A stretch of DNA of 63,621 bases, filler included. It is 6 parts of 6 records of this genome, joined end to end, with 100 filler letters (N's around TTAATTAATTAA, not from the genome) between each part and the next. Parts side by side here need not be neighbours in the genome. Positions count along the whole stretch, not along the records: positions 52,555 to 58,184 come from SRR31156797_8988; positions 58,285 to 63,621 come from SRR31156797_9003; 4 more parts are not named here. One strand, given 5' to 3'. The position numbers and the translations under genes are program-made. This document shows, piece after piece, positions 55,276-63,621 of the stretch. How positions within the stretch are numbered: position 1 is the first letter of the stretch; the number at the start of each line of letters is the position of its first letter. Under the pieces are notes generated by a model. That model was not told where the DNA came from and made no database searches. It worked only from the letters and a program-made list of their open reading frames with translations.

Positions 55276-56978
55276 TTTTTTACAAAAGGATTCTTAAGTG
55301 GATCAGGGCTGTCTGAATAATTCTTGCTGAATGTTTCGATCATTGAAAGGAGATAGCTGATCCTGTCAGAAGATTTTGAAGAATAAAAATCAAAGAGTTC
55401 CTTTTTATCTTCATTTTCTCTGGCAACAGGAACAAAAAGTGCCATTCTGTAGAGAATAGAAGAGATCTCAACAATATAGTTTCCACAATAATCAATGAGC
55501 TCTTTATTGTCTGCTCCCTTAAGGGTTTCAACAACGATCATGAGCTTTTCTATCTCACCGAATATCTTTTCGCAGATCACGGGTGACAGAGCTTTTTCTT
55601 CTTCAAGAAGTTCGTGAACCATTTCTTTAAAAAGTCCGTTTGAAATTCTTGGAAGTGCTGCTACGACCTGAAGCTGAGTTGTTCCTTCATAAATATTTGT
55701 AATCCTTGCGTCTCTTGAAAGCCTTTCAACTGGGAAGTCCTTCATAAATCCGCAACCACCATGGATCTGAACTGCGTCATAAGCTGCCTTATTAGCCATT
55801 TCAGTTGATGTGAATTTTGCAAGAGGAGTGAGAAAGTCTGCTTTTGCTGTCCATTTTTTGATATCTGCTCTAACTTTTTCGCCTTTTTCAGCCTTTCTTT
55901 CATACATATCCATGTAATCAACAGCAAGAGATGTGTGATAAAGAAGAATTCTTGTTGTTTCGATCTCTGCTCTCATATCAGCAAGCATCTGATAAACTGC
56001 CGGGAAATGAACGATAGCCTTTCCAAACTGTTCTCTTTCGTTTGCATATTTTACAGCCTCTTCATAAGCTGCCTGAGCTATTCCCAGGGCCTGAGCTGAA
56101 ACTGCAAGTCTAGCTCCGTTCATGAGGCTCATAACATATTTAATGAGTCCGAACCTTCTTTTTCCGACAAGCTCACACTCAGCTTTATTAAACTGAAGCT
56201 CACAAGTTGGTGATCCATGTATTCCATGCTTGTCTTCAATTCTTCTGATGATCATGTTGTCATCAGTATATCTTTCATAAAGGAACATTGAGAGTCCGCG
56301 ACCATCTTTCGTTCCTTCTTCACTTCTAGCAAGAACAAGAGAAACTTCGCCGCATCCATTGGTGATAAATCTCTTCACACCGTCAAGATACCATTTTCCG
56401 TCCTCTTCAAAAGCTTTAAGCATAACTGCCTGAAGATCACTGCCTGCATCAGGTTCGGTAAGGGCCATTGAGCCACTCACTTCACCACTACAGAATTTTG
56501 GAAGAACTCTATCCTTCTGTTCCTGAGTTCCGAACTTGAAAAGAGTGACAGCAATATCCTGAAGTCCAACAAGATTCATTAGACTGGCATCTGCCTGTGA
56601 GACCATTTCAACAATGATGTTGTTAACAGTAACAGGCATATTAAGTCCGCCGTATTTTCTTGGGAGAGTTCCGCCCATGTATCCGGACTGAGCAAGGATA
56701 TTCATGTTTTCCTGAGTTCCCTTTGCCCACTTAACAGTTGAACTGTCACAGTGACAAGCGCCGTTAGCATCAACATCTTCAGCTCTTGGTGCGATGAACT
56801 CTTCACAGATCTTACCGGCATTATCAAGAACCATCTTGTACCATTGATGCGCCTCTTCAAGACTTGCAGGAGAGTCTCCTGTGATCTCTGTAAAATCATT
56901 TTCAAGGTCATTTATTATATCGTTAATTTTTAGTTGCTTTAAGAAAAATTCACGGTTATCTGTATAAAATCCGGCCAT
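55272..56978 (-). CDS. acyl-CoA dehydrogenase
   Basis: MALTEPDAGSD, GVKRFITNG, REQFGK, QIHGG.G, IYEGTTQ. Confidence 0.92.
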   Translation of the reverse strand: MAGFYTDNREFFLKQLKINDIINDLENDFTEITGDSPASLEEAHQWYKMVLDNAGKICEEFIAPRAEDVDANGACHCDSSTVKWAKGTQENMNILAQSGYMGGTLPRKYGGLNMPVTVNNIIVEMVSQADASLMNLVGLQDIAVTLFKFGTQEQKDRVLPKFCSGEVSGSMALTEPDAGSDLQAVMLKAFEEDGKWYLDGVKRFITNGCGEVSLVLARSEEGTKDGRGLSMFLYERYTDDNMIIRRIEDKHGIHGSPTCELQFNKAECELVGKRRFGLIKYVMSLMNGARLAVSAQALGIAQAAYEEAVKYANEREQFGKAIVHFPAVYQMLADMRAEIETTRILLYHTSLAVDYMDMYERKAEKGEKVRADIKKWTAKADFLTPLAKFTSTEMANKAAYDAVQIHGGCGFMKDFPVERLSRDARITNIYEGTTQLQVVAALPRISNGLFKEMVHELLEEEKALSPVICEKIFGEIEKLMIVVETLKGADNKELIDYCGNYIVEISSILYRMALFVPVARENEDKKELFDFYSSKSSDRISYLLSMIETFSKNYSDSPDPLKNPFVKN

Positions 56979-57974
56979 TTATTCCTCCCTCAGGTACTTT
57001 ATCATTACAGGGATAATTTCGTTAATATCGCCAACAATCCCCATGTGTGCCACATCAAAGATCGGAGCATCAGGGTCTTTATTTATTGCGATTATCTTTT
57101 TTGATTCTTCCATTCCGGCTCTGTGTTGGATAGACCCTGAAATTCCACAGGCTATATAAAGCTTGGGTCTTACAACTGAACCAGTCTGACCGATCTGATG
57201 ATCTTTTTCAATGAATCCAAAATCCACTGCAGCTCTACTTGCTCCAACTTCACCACCAAGAACTGCGGCAAGTTGTTCAAGAAGTCTGAAGTTTTCCTTT
57301 GATCCAACTCCGGCTCCACCTGCAACGATTATGTCAGCGTGGTCAAAATTAACCTTGGAAACTTTAGGAACTATATTAAGAAACTCATTTTGTACCCATG
57401 AATTGTTAAAATCCATTGTAAACTCTTCAAGTTTTACAGGTTTTTTAACACTTTCTTCAGGAAGAAGCATAACGCCTTCTCTAACAGTTGCCATCATAGG
57501 TCTATGATCAGGAGTGATGATAGTTGCAAGGATGTTTCCGCCAAAAGCAGGTCTTATCTGAAAGAGAATATTTCCCTTATCTTTATAATCGTCAATCAAA
57601 AGCTGTGTACAGTCTGCAGTCAGTCCGGTCTTAAGCTTTGAAGCAACTAAAGGAGCGACATCTCTTCCAGTATGAGTTGCACCGAAAAGAACAATGTCAG
57701 CCTCTTCTTTTTTAACCATTGCAGAAAGAATATGCTTCATTGCAGTTGACTGAAGGTTTTTAAGTGAGGGATTCTTAAAATAAAGAACTCTGTCAATACC
57801 GTAGCTGAAAAGTTCGTCCTTATCACTAGGAAGCTCATCTCCGGCAAAAATTCCGACAACTTCGCCACCAAAAGGCTTTACAAGTGAGTGTGCTTTCCAT
57901 GCAAGTTCCAGGGAAACTGCACGGAGCTTTCCAGTCTGATTATTTTTTTCTATAAATACGAGTGCTTTCATCAT
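56979..57974 (-). CDS. etfA: electron transfer flavoprotein alpha subunit
   Basis: GLTADCT, RPAFGG, GASRAAVD, QIGQTG, GISGSIQH. Confidence 0.95.
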   Translation of the reverse strand: MMKALVFIEKNNQTGKLRAVSLELAWKAHSLVKPFGGEVVGIFAGDELPSDKDELFSYGIDRVLYFKNPSLKNLQSTAMKHILSAMVKKEEADIVLFGATHTGRDVAPLVASKLKTGLTADCTQLLIDDYKDKGNILFQIRPAFGGNILATIITPDHRPMMATVREGVMLLPEESVKKPVKLEEFTMDFNNSWVQNEFLNIVPKVSKVNFDHADIIVAGGAGVGSKENFRLLEQLAAVLGGEVGASRAAVDFGFIEKDHQIGQTGSVVRPKLYIACGISGSIQHRAGMEESKKIIAINKDPDAPIFDVAHMGIVGDINEIIPVMIKYLREE

Positions 57975-58183
57975 TACACCTCAACGTAGTCTTTCATGAT
58001 GTCACGGATAAGAGCTTTAATGCCGTCATTTTCCGCGCCGTATATTTTTAGATCTCCACCGGTAAGAGTGATGCTTTTAATGTTATGAACTTTTGTAGGA
58101 CTGCCTTTAAGACCGCATCTTTCGGGCTCCAGTTCAAGCATGTCGTTAGTAACAAGTGGAATAATACGACCGCTTTTTTCTGC
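57974..58183 (-). CDS. etfB: electron transfer flavoprotein beta subunit, C-terminal part (5'-partial; not in ORF track)
   Basis: translates AEKSGRIIPLVTNDMLELEPERCGLKGSPTKV...YVEV*; its stop overlaps the etfA start. Confidence 0.85.
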   Translation of the reverse strand, partial: AEKSGRIIPLVTNDMLELEPERCGLKGSPTKVHNIKSITLTGGDLKIYGAENDGIKALIRDIMKDYVEV

Positions 58184-58184
58184 A

Positions 58185-58284
58185 NNNNNNNNNNNNNNNN
58201 NNNNNNNNNNNNNNNNNNNNNNNNNNNNTTAATTAATTAANNNNNNNNNNNNNNNNNNNNNNNNNNNNNNNNNNNNNNNNNNNN
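58185..58284. other. artificial contig-joining spacer
   Basis: N44-TTAATTAATTAA-N44. Confidence 0.98.
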
Positions 58285-58571
58285 ACCAACAACCAATTTG
58301 TTGTTAATTATACCGTAGAACAAACCACTACAGATACCACAACCTTAACCGGGCATCTTTCAGCACATGAAAAATTATATGGAGAGCTTCCCGATGTGGC
58401 TACGGCTGACTCAGGCTATGGAAGCGAAGAAAACTACGAGTTCCTTGAAAAGAACCGAATTGAATCTTTTGTGAAGTTTAACTATTTCAAAAAAGATAAA
58501 CCAAACCTCAAAAACAACAAAACAGGGCTAAAACAAAAAACCGCCTCATAAACTTGTTATGAGACGGCCTC
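58285..58571 (+). mobile_element. IS1182-family transposase remnant with right end
   Basis: 58285-58551 translates TNNQFVVNY..QTTTDTTTL..TADSGYGSEENY..FVKFNYF...; followed by terminal hairpin CCGCCTCATAA/TTATGAGACGG ending GAGACGGCCTC. Confidence 0.75.
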
Positions 58572-58594
58572 TTTTTGCATCTAAAATGCTTTTG

Positions 58595-59269
58595 TTACTG
58601 GTTTACTACCTTTTTGCTTAGTAGTTGTTTCGCAATAATGTATGCTAATTTTTTTGCTTCTTCTTCAACCGACTCAACATTTTTTGATTTGGTTTGAGCC
58701 CTCCAGATCAACTTCTCGGATTCTATATCATAAAGGTTACACTCAATAAAATAGTTAATATCATCGGTGTAATAACCATTATTATAAATAGTTCCCATAC
58801 TATAGGCATAATAATCGTAGTATGCTCCGTGCATTCCGTATGGTGTTCCGTAAAATCCTGTGCCTCCCATGTTCAAAGCTCTGTCATTAACCCAGCGCTT
58901 CTCTTTGGTCATATCAAAAAGCGTAATAATCATTAACGCATCAATATTACTTTCCGTAACTTTTTCTTTTACTTTATTTCGAATAGTCTCCGATTTTTTC
59001 AGTAACTCGTCACCCTGGTTAACTCTTCCTGCCAAAGGGAATACATCAACTGTTGGCATTGCTTTTAATCCTTTTTCTTTTAAATGATCAACAACTGCAT
59101 GTTCTGTTACATATCGGTTCGATGAGTTTGGAAAAAGCACAGTAACACCAATTTTTTCATATGTGTTAGGTGTATTTTCCTTGTCAGACCAAGAGTTAAT
59201 GAGTTTTGTAGATGAGCAGCTGCTAAATATAAAGCAAACCACTAAAAATGCATAACTAAACTGTTTCAT
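58595..59269 (-). CDS. lipoprotein, DUF4136-like
   Basis: lipobox FSSC, Y/G-rich insert, ECNLYD..KLIWRAQT. Confidence 0.6.
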   Translation of the reverse strand: MKQFSYAFLVVCFIFSSCSSTKLINSWSDKENTPNTYEKIGVTVLFPNSSNRYVTEHAVVDHLKEKGLKAMPTVDVFPLAGRVNQGDELLKKSETIRNKVKEKVTESNIDALMIITLFDMTKEKRWVNDRALNMGGTGFYGTPYGMHGAYYDYYAYSMGTIYNNGYYTDDINYFIECNLYDIESEKLIWRAQTKSKNVESVEEEAKKLAYIIAKQLLSKKVVNQ

Positions 59270-59445
59270 AGTTTTTATATTGTGTTTTAGATTCTTACAA
59301 TATTACGAAAATAATAGAAAGGGTAACATAAAATCAATTAAATTCCCTGACGCTTGAATGATGTTTTATTGTAGAATTCTGATAAAAATACTGTAATTTT
59401 AGATCAGCTTAAAAATCATTTTTTGTTAAATAAAATCCAAACTTC

Positions 59446-60519
59446 ATGAAAATTCTTTTTGCACTTTTATTTATCCTGATAAATGTTGGGTGTGTTGTTG
59501 CTCAAAATAATGACAACAATTCCTTGTTTGAACCTATTGAAGAAACTGTAAACAGCCAGTCTGTATTTAATAACACTGCGCCTTTGGTATTAACCTTAGA
59601 ATATGACATTACATCGTTTATTCGACATAAAAGTAAAGGAGAATACCTTGATGCTAAAATGTTAATTCATTTAAATGAAACGGACTCAATTATAAAAGAT
59701 ATTCGTCTTAAAGCACGTGGAAACTTCAGAAGAGGGCATTGTTTTTTCCCACCCATTTATCTTAATTTTAAAACCGACCCGATTAAAAATACCGATTTAA
59801 AAGATATGCGTAAAATTAAGATGGTAACACATTGTTCCGGAGGGAAAGCTTACCAGGGTTATGTTATGCGCGAGTACCTGGCGTATAAAATCTATAATAT
59901 CTTAACTGAGAATAGTTTTCGGGTTCGTTTGCTTGATATCAACTATATTGATACGGGGAAACGGAAAAGACATTATCAGAACTATGGTTTTTTGCTGGAA
60001 CCGGTTGATTTGGTGGCCAAACGCAATAATGCAATCGAAGTGGATTCTGAAGTCATAAAGGGGCCGGATGTATTTCCTGAAACTGGATGTGTAGTGGCAT
60101 TGTTTGAGTATTTTGTAGGCAATACAGATTGGCGGTTTAAAAGCGGGCACAACATGAAATATGTAAAATCGTTGGAAGAGGTGTCGACTAAAGTTATTCC
60201 GGTGCCGTATGATTTTGATCATGCCGGATTTGTGAATACGAGTTATGGAATGCCCCAGGAATGGGCCAGCATTGAAAGTATAACCGAAAGAGAATATCTG
60301 GGTTATTGTCAAAACACAAATGAGAATTATAAAGCTGCAATTGAACTTTTTGTGGAACATAAAGACGAGATATTAAATACGATTACTAATTTTGAATACA
60401 TTACGAACAGAGATCGAAATCAACTGTTGTCGTTTGTAAACGACTTTTATGTTTTAGCCGAAAAACCGAATACCCTGATTCGTATTATGGAAGATGAGTG
60501 TAGGAACCTTGATTTTTAA
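59446..60519 (+). CDS. secreted CotH-like (atypical kinase fold) protein
   Basis: signal peptide; LKARGNFR, REYLAYKIY, GNTDW..HN, PYDFD resemble CotH kinase motifs. Confidence 0.55.
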   Translation: MKILFALLFILINVGCVVAQNNDNNSLFEPIEETVNSQSVFNNTAPLVLTLEYDITSFIRHKSKGEYLDAKMLIHLNETDSIIKDIRLKARGNFRRGHCFFPPIYLNFKTDPIKNTDLKDMRKIKMVTHCSGGKAYQGYVMREYLAYKIYNILTENSFRVRLLDINYIDTGKRKRHYQNYGFLLEPVDLVAKRNNAIEVDSEVIKGPDVFPETGCVVALFEYFVGNTDWRFKSGHNMKYVKSLEEVSTKVIPVPYDFDHAGFVNTSYGMPQEWASIESITEREYLGYCQNTNENYKAAIELFVEHKDEILNTITNFEYITNRDRNQLLSFVNDFYVLAEKPNTLIRIMEDECRNLDF

Positions 60520-60531
60520 TTCGCATAAAAA

Positions 60532-61224
60532 ATGGATGAACTAAACATAGTCTATATAAGCGGAGAACCTTGGGGCGATTTTATTATTCGTTTGTTGGTA
60601 AATATCGTTTCCATCTTTCTTTTAATCAGATTTGTTTATTATCCCCACAACAACCGGTTAAGGTATTTATTTACCTTTTTTTTAATGGGAATGATGATCT
60701 TTTTGATTGCATCGATTCTTGATCGTGTTAGCCTGGACATGGGATTTGCTTTAGGTCTGTTTGCAATCTTTGGAATTGTCAGGTATCGTTCGCCATCAAT
60801 CGATTTAAAAGAAATGACCTATTTATTTCTGATGATTGGGGTTTCCATTATTAATGCCCTGGTTGAGTTTCGTGTTCAAACCCTGTGGGGGCTTTTTATT
60901 GCCAACCTGATTATTATTGGTTCGGCCTTAATAATGGAGCGTTATAAACCCAGAAATCATGTTCTGAAAAGATCATTGGTGTTTACCCCAACCAATTTTT
61001 CAGTTTTAAACAGTAACCACTTGTTAATTGAGGAAATAAGAAACATAACCGGCATTAATGTATTGCGGGTTGAGATTGCGAAAATAAACAAAACTAAAAA
61101 CGAAGTATCTGTTTGGATCTATTTTCGTGATAATGAACCTGGTAAACTACTGGAAGAAAATGTGGAACCGGTTGAAGAAAAACAAACGCTTGATTGGCAA
61201 AGCACCAGCAGCGGGGATTGGTAA
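60532..61224 (+). CDS. DUF4956 membrane protein
   Basis: GFALGLFAIFGIVRYRS..KEMTYLF. Confidence 0.85.
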   Translation: MDELNIVYISGEPWGDFIIRLLVNIVSIFLLIRFVYYPHNNRLRYLFTFFLMGMMIFLIASILDRVSLDMGFALGLFAIFGIVRYRSPSIDLKEMTYLFLMIGVSIINALVEFRVQTLWGLFIANLIIIGSALIMERYKPRNHVLKRSLVFTPTNFSVLNSNHLLIEEIRNITGINVLRVEIAKINKTKNEVSVWIYFRDNEPGKLLEENVEPVEEKQTLDWQSTSSGDW

Positions 61225-61259
61225 AAAAAAGGTTCAGATAAGCTCTGAACCTTTTTTTT
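61223..61259. terminator. bidirectional intrinsic terminator
   Basis: A8-GGTTCAGA-TAAGC-TCTGAACC-T8 between convergent genes. Confidence 0.9.
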
Positions 61260-61261
61260 CA

Positions 61262-61849
61262 TTATTTAATTCCTATTCCAAGTCCGAGACTAATAAAAGA
61301 CTGGCTGGGGAAACTACCGGCCTTAGGACTATAGTTATATTTTAGTTTTACCGAAAGAAAGCTTTTGTAGTTCATATCGTATAGCATTCCAATTTCGGGA
61401 GCAACATTAAAAAGCCATTTATTTTCGGTTAGGTTAAACACTCCAACATCGTTTCGTTTTTCATTATACGAAGTACCGAGTCCTACTCCCAGGTAAGGAA
61501 TGTAATCGCTTTCGCCCGAGAAATACTTTTTTATGTTAATGTTTAAAGGAACGATGTTAGTGTATCTAAACTGAATGCCTGTAATCGTTAAATCCTCATA
61601 ATAAAAAGTGCTCTCAGGCATTTTTTGTCTGAATAAATTCCAGCCAATGTTAAAGCCAACAGAAAGGTCTTCCGAAATAAATTTTTGAACTTCAAAGTCA
61701 ATACCTCGCGGACTAATGTTGTCTGTAAAATCCGCTGTTTCTCCAAGTGGAACCGAAGGGAGATAATTCACAAAAAAAGTTGTTCCTTCTTGTGCTTTTA
61801 AGCCTATAGTGGCTAAAAACAGTAGTGAGATAATTATCGTTTTCTTCAT
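61262..61849 (-). CDS. 8-stranded outer-membrane beta-barrel protein (OmpW/OmpA-like)
   Basis: start MKKTII at 61849 with signal peptide; amphipathic strands, PYLGVGLG, C-terminal SLGLGIGIK. Confidence 0.75.
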   Translation of the reverse strand: MKKTIIISLLFLATIGLKAQEGTTFFVNYLPSVPLGETADFTDNISPRGIDFEVQKFISEDLSVGFNIGWNLFRQKMPESTFYYEDLTITGIQFRYTNIVPLNINIKKYFSGESDYIPYLGVGLGTSYNEKRNDVGVFNLTENKWLFNVAPEIGMLYDMNYKSFLSVKLKYNYSPKAGSFPSQSFISLGLGIGIK

Positions 61850-61862
61850 CGTAATTCGGTTT

Positions 61863-62555
61863 TTATTTCTGTAAATAAGGGCTTTGCGTAAATACTTGAT
61901 TAATCTCAGTAGTAATTCGGCTTTCCATAAAATCATCCGATCCGGCAAGAATTCCAATAACTGCGCCTTTCCAGGGCATTGGAACTTTAAAAGAAGTTTC
62001 GTTACCGTCAGGAAGAACCACTTCATCCATGTTCCACATATCAATAAATAGTGTACCTACTGTATATCCATAAGTTGGATAGGTTGGATAACCCGGCCAA
62101 ATTGGGTAGCCCGGATATCGTGGCGACTCTGCATACCAAGGATACCACCAGTCCCAGGGATACCAATACCACCAATCCCACCAGTAGTAATAATAAAAGT
62201 ATACGTCTGTTTCCAATACCGATAATACAATTGATACATCCGCGTCAATTTCTCCGTTTGTTGGGCCGGTTACCTCTGTCCACCCCATGTCTAGAAAATT
62301 TTGTCTTACCTGCGACAAAATATGATCTTCATGCGAATGATCTACACTGATTAAAGAATTAGATTCTTCATCATTAATGTAGATGATACTGTCTTCAAGA
62401 TAAAATGTTTGTAGTTTACCAAAGTCCTGATCTTCGTCATACTGTGTAATTGCCAAATCCAGCTCCTCAACTGTGGCATCATATTCAGGATGACAAGCCA
62501 TTACCAGTAATAATACCGGTAATACGAAAAAAAATAAGCGTAATAATTTTTTCAT
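61863..62555 (-). CDS. DUF4136-like lipoprotein with W/Y/P-rich insert
   Basis: lipobox VMAC; YTVGTLFIDM, WKG, INQVFTQSPYL. Confidence 0.7.
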   Translation of the reverse strand: MKKLLRLFFFVLPVLLLVMACHPEYDATVEELDLAITQYDEDQDFGKLQTFYLEDSIIYINDEESNSLISVDHSHEDHILSQVRQNFLDMGWTEVTGPTNGEIDADVSIVLSVLETDVYFYYYYWWDWWYWYPWDWWYPWYAESPRYPGYPIWPGYPTYPTYGYTVGTLFIDMWNMDEVVLPDGNETSFKVPMPWKGAVIGILAGSDDFMESRITTEINQVFTQSPYLQK

Positions 62556-62887
62556 GAAATTTTGTTTATGTTAACATTTAATTTTTTTTGAAAAATTCTG
62601 TACCTGCTATATTACAGAAAATTAATGGATTTAGTGTTTGTTATTATGTATATTTTATGCTTTGCTGATATTTTTCCAATCAATGAGTGATGTTTGCTGT
62701 ACAACAAATTTTTAGCTAAATTTACGTCATATTAGGTTATTAATCAAGTGGTCATTAAGCAACATATATCAAATCTTCTTATCTCTTACCGATGCTTGTT
62801 CGAGTGTTGGATCATCTATGCTTAAACACTTTTTGACGTTAATCCTTTTCTCTAATTCTTTATTTGTTAAACTAAAATTTTGGTCAA

Positions 62888-63621
62888 ATGTCTTTTGCTG
62901 AAGAAACCATTATAAAAAAACCAGAGCGTCCGGCCGATGCAGAAGGAAATTTCTATACGAAAAAAGAAAATAAGATAGGTCCGGGTATGAATGAACGCAT
63001 CCAACGTTTACGAAAACTTAGTGTAGAAACTCCGGAATCTCTTTCAATCGAAAGAGGATTAATAACCACCCAATTTTATATAGAAAATTACGGAAAGTAC
63101 TCCGAACCGGTAATGCGAGCCCTTAATTTTCTTGAAATTTGCAAACAAAAAACCATCTATATTGGCGATGATGAGTTGATTGTTGCCGAACGCGGACCGG
63201 TTCCTAAGTCAGTTCCTACTTTTCCTGAATTAACCTGTCATAGTGTTGAAGATTTTCATGTGTTGAATACACGCGACCAGCAACGATACACTATTTCACA
63301 GGAGGATATTGATACCTACGAGCAGGAAGTAATCCCATATTGGAAAGGCCGCACAATGCGGGAACGTATTTTTAGTCATGTTCCTGAAGAATGGAAAAGA
63401 GCGTATGAAGCTGGCGTTTTTACCGAATTTATGGAGCAGCGTGCACCGGGGCATACAGCCCTGGATGGTGCCATTTATAAAAAAGGAATGCTCGATTATA
63501 AAAAGGATATTCAGGATCATATTAATCGGTTGGATTTTTTGAACGATCCGGAAGCAACAGCAAAACTTGAGCAACTTAAAGCGATGGACATTTCTTGTGA
63601 TGCTGCTATTGTTTTTGCTGA
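62888..63621 (+). CDS. hypD: glycyl radical enzyme, trans-4-hydroxy-L-proline dehydratase-like (3'-partial; absent from ORF track)
   Basis: translates MSFAEE...MNERIQRLR..LSIER..ELIVAERG..PTFPELTCHS..AYEAGVFTEFMEQRAPGHT..IYKKG..LDFLNDP..AMDISCDA; these segments match HypD as I recall it; open to the window end. Confidence 0.85.
   Translation, partial: MSFAEETIIKKPERPADAEGNFYTKKENKIGPGMNERIQRLRKLSVETPESLSIERGLITTQFYIENYGKYSEPVMRALNFLEICKQKTIYIGDDELIVAERGPVPKSVPTFPELTCHSVEDFHVLNTRDQQRYTISQEDIDTYEQEVIPYWKGRTMRERIFSHVPEEWKRAYEAGVFTEFMEQRAPGHTALDGAIYKKGMLDYKKDIQDHINRLDFLNDPEATAKLEQLKAMDISCDAAIVFA

Overview
This window is not one continuous locus. It is six unrelated contig pieces joined by an artificial 100-nt spacer (44 N + TTAATTAATTAA + 44 N) at 11377, 23113, 35174, 52455 and 58185. 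Contigs 1-4 have gene content typical of Desulfobacterota-like anaerobes, contig 5 is AT-richer, and contig 6 looks like Bacteroidales; these taxonomic calls are inferences. Contig 1 (1-11376): core MetE-like methionine synthase, an RsbW-like kinase, and a TRAP/UxaA/GlcD-GlcE fusion/GlcF/LarA-like hydroxy- or sugar-acid operon. Contig 2 (11477-23112): the most novel-looking system, an Lrp/AsnC-adjacent operon gabT - AOR - [putrescine aminotransferase::AOR fusion] - 4Fe-4S subunit - TRAP SBP. It reads as an anaerobic diamine (putrescine or cadaverine) to dicarboxylate pathway that uses tungsten/molybdopterin aldehyde oxidoreductases instead of NAD-dependent aldehyde dehydrogenases. Contig 3 (23213-35173): moxR-DUF58-bat operon with degQ, then a ~1.9-kb islet bounded by a tRNA-Cys 3' end and a decayed copy of it; the islet carries a c-di-GMP-I riboswitch upstream of an uncharacterised secreted protein. 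Contig 4 (35274-52454): pcm, a phosphomannomutase, a CrtI-like oxidoreductase cassette, a Liv-type ABC transporter with an embedded acyl-CoA ligase, and FAD/CCG oxidoreductases. Contig 5 (52555-58184): hybrid histidine kinase, methyltransferase, acyl-CoA dehydrogenase and etfAB. Contig 6 (58285-63621): internally deleted IS1182, lipoproteins and a beta-barrel, a CotH-like kinase with DUF4956, and the 5' part of a HypD-like glycyl radical enzyme that the ORF track misses. No CRISPR array or rRNA was seen. All family calls come from motif recognition by eye; no database searches were run.
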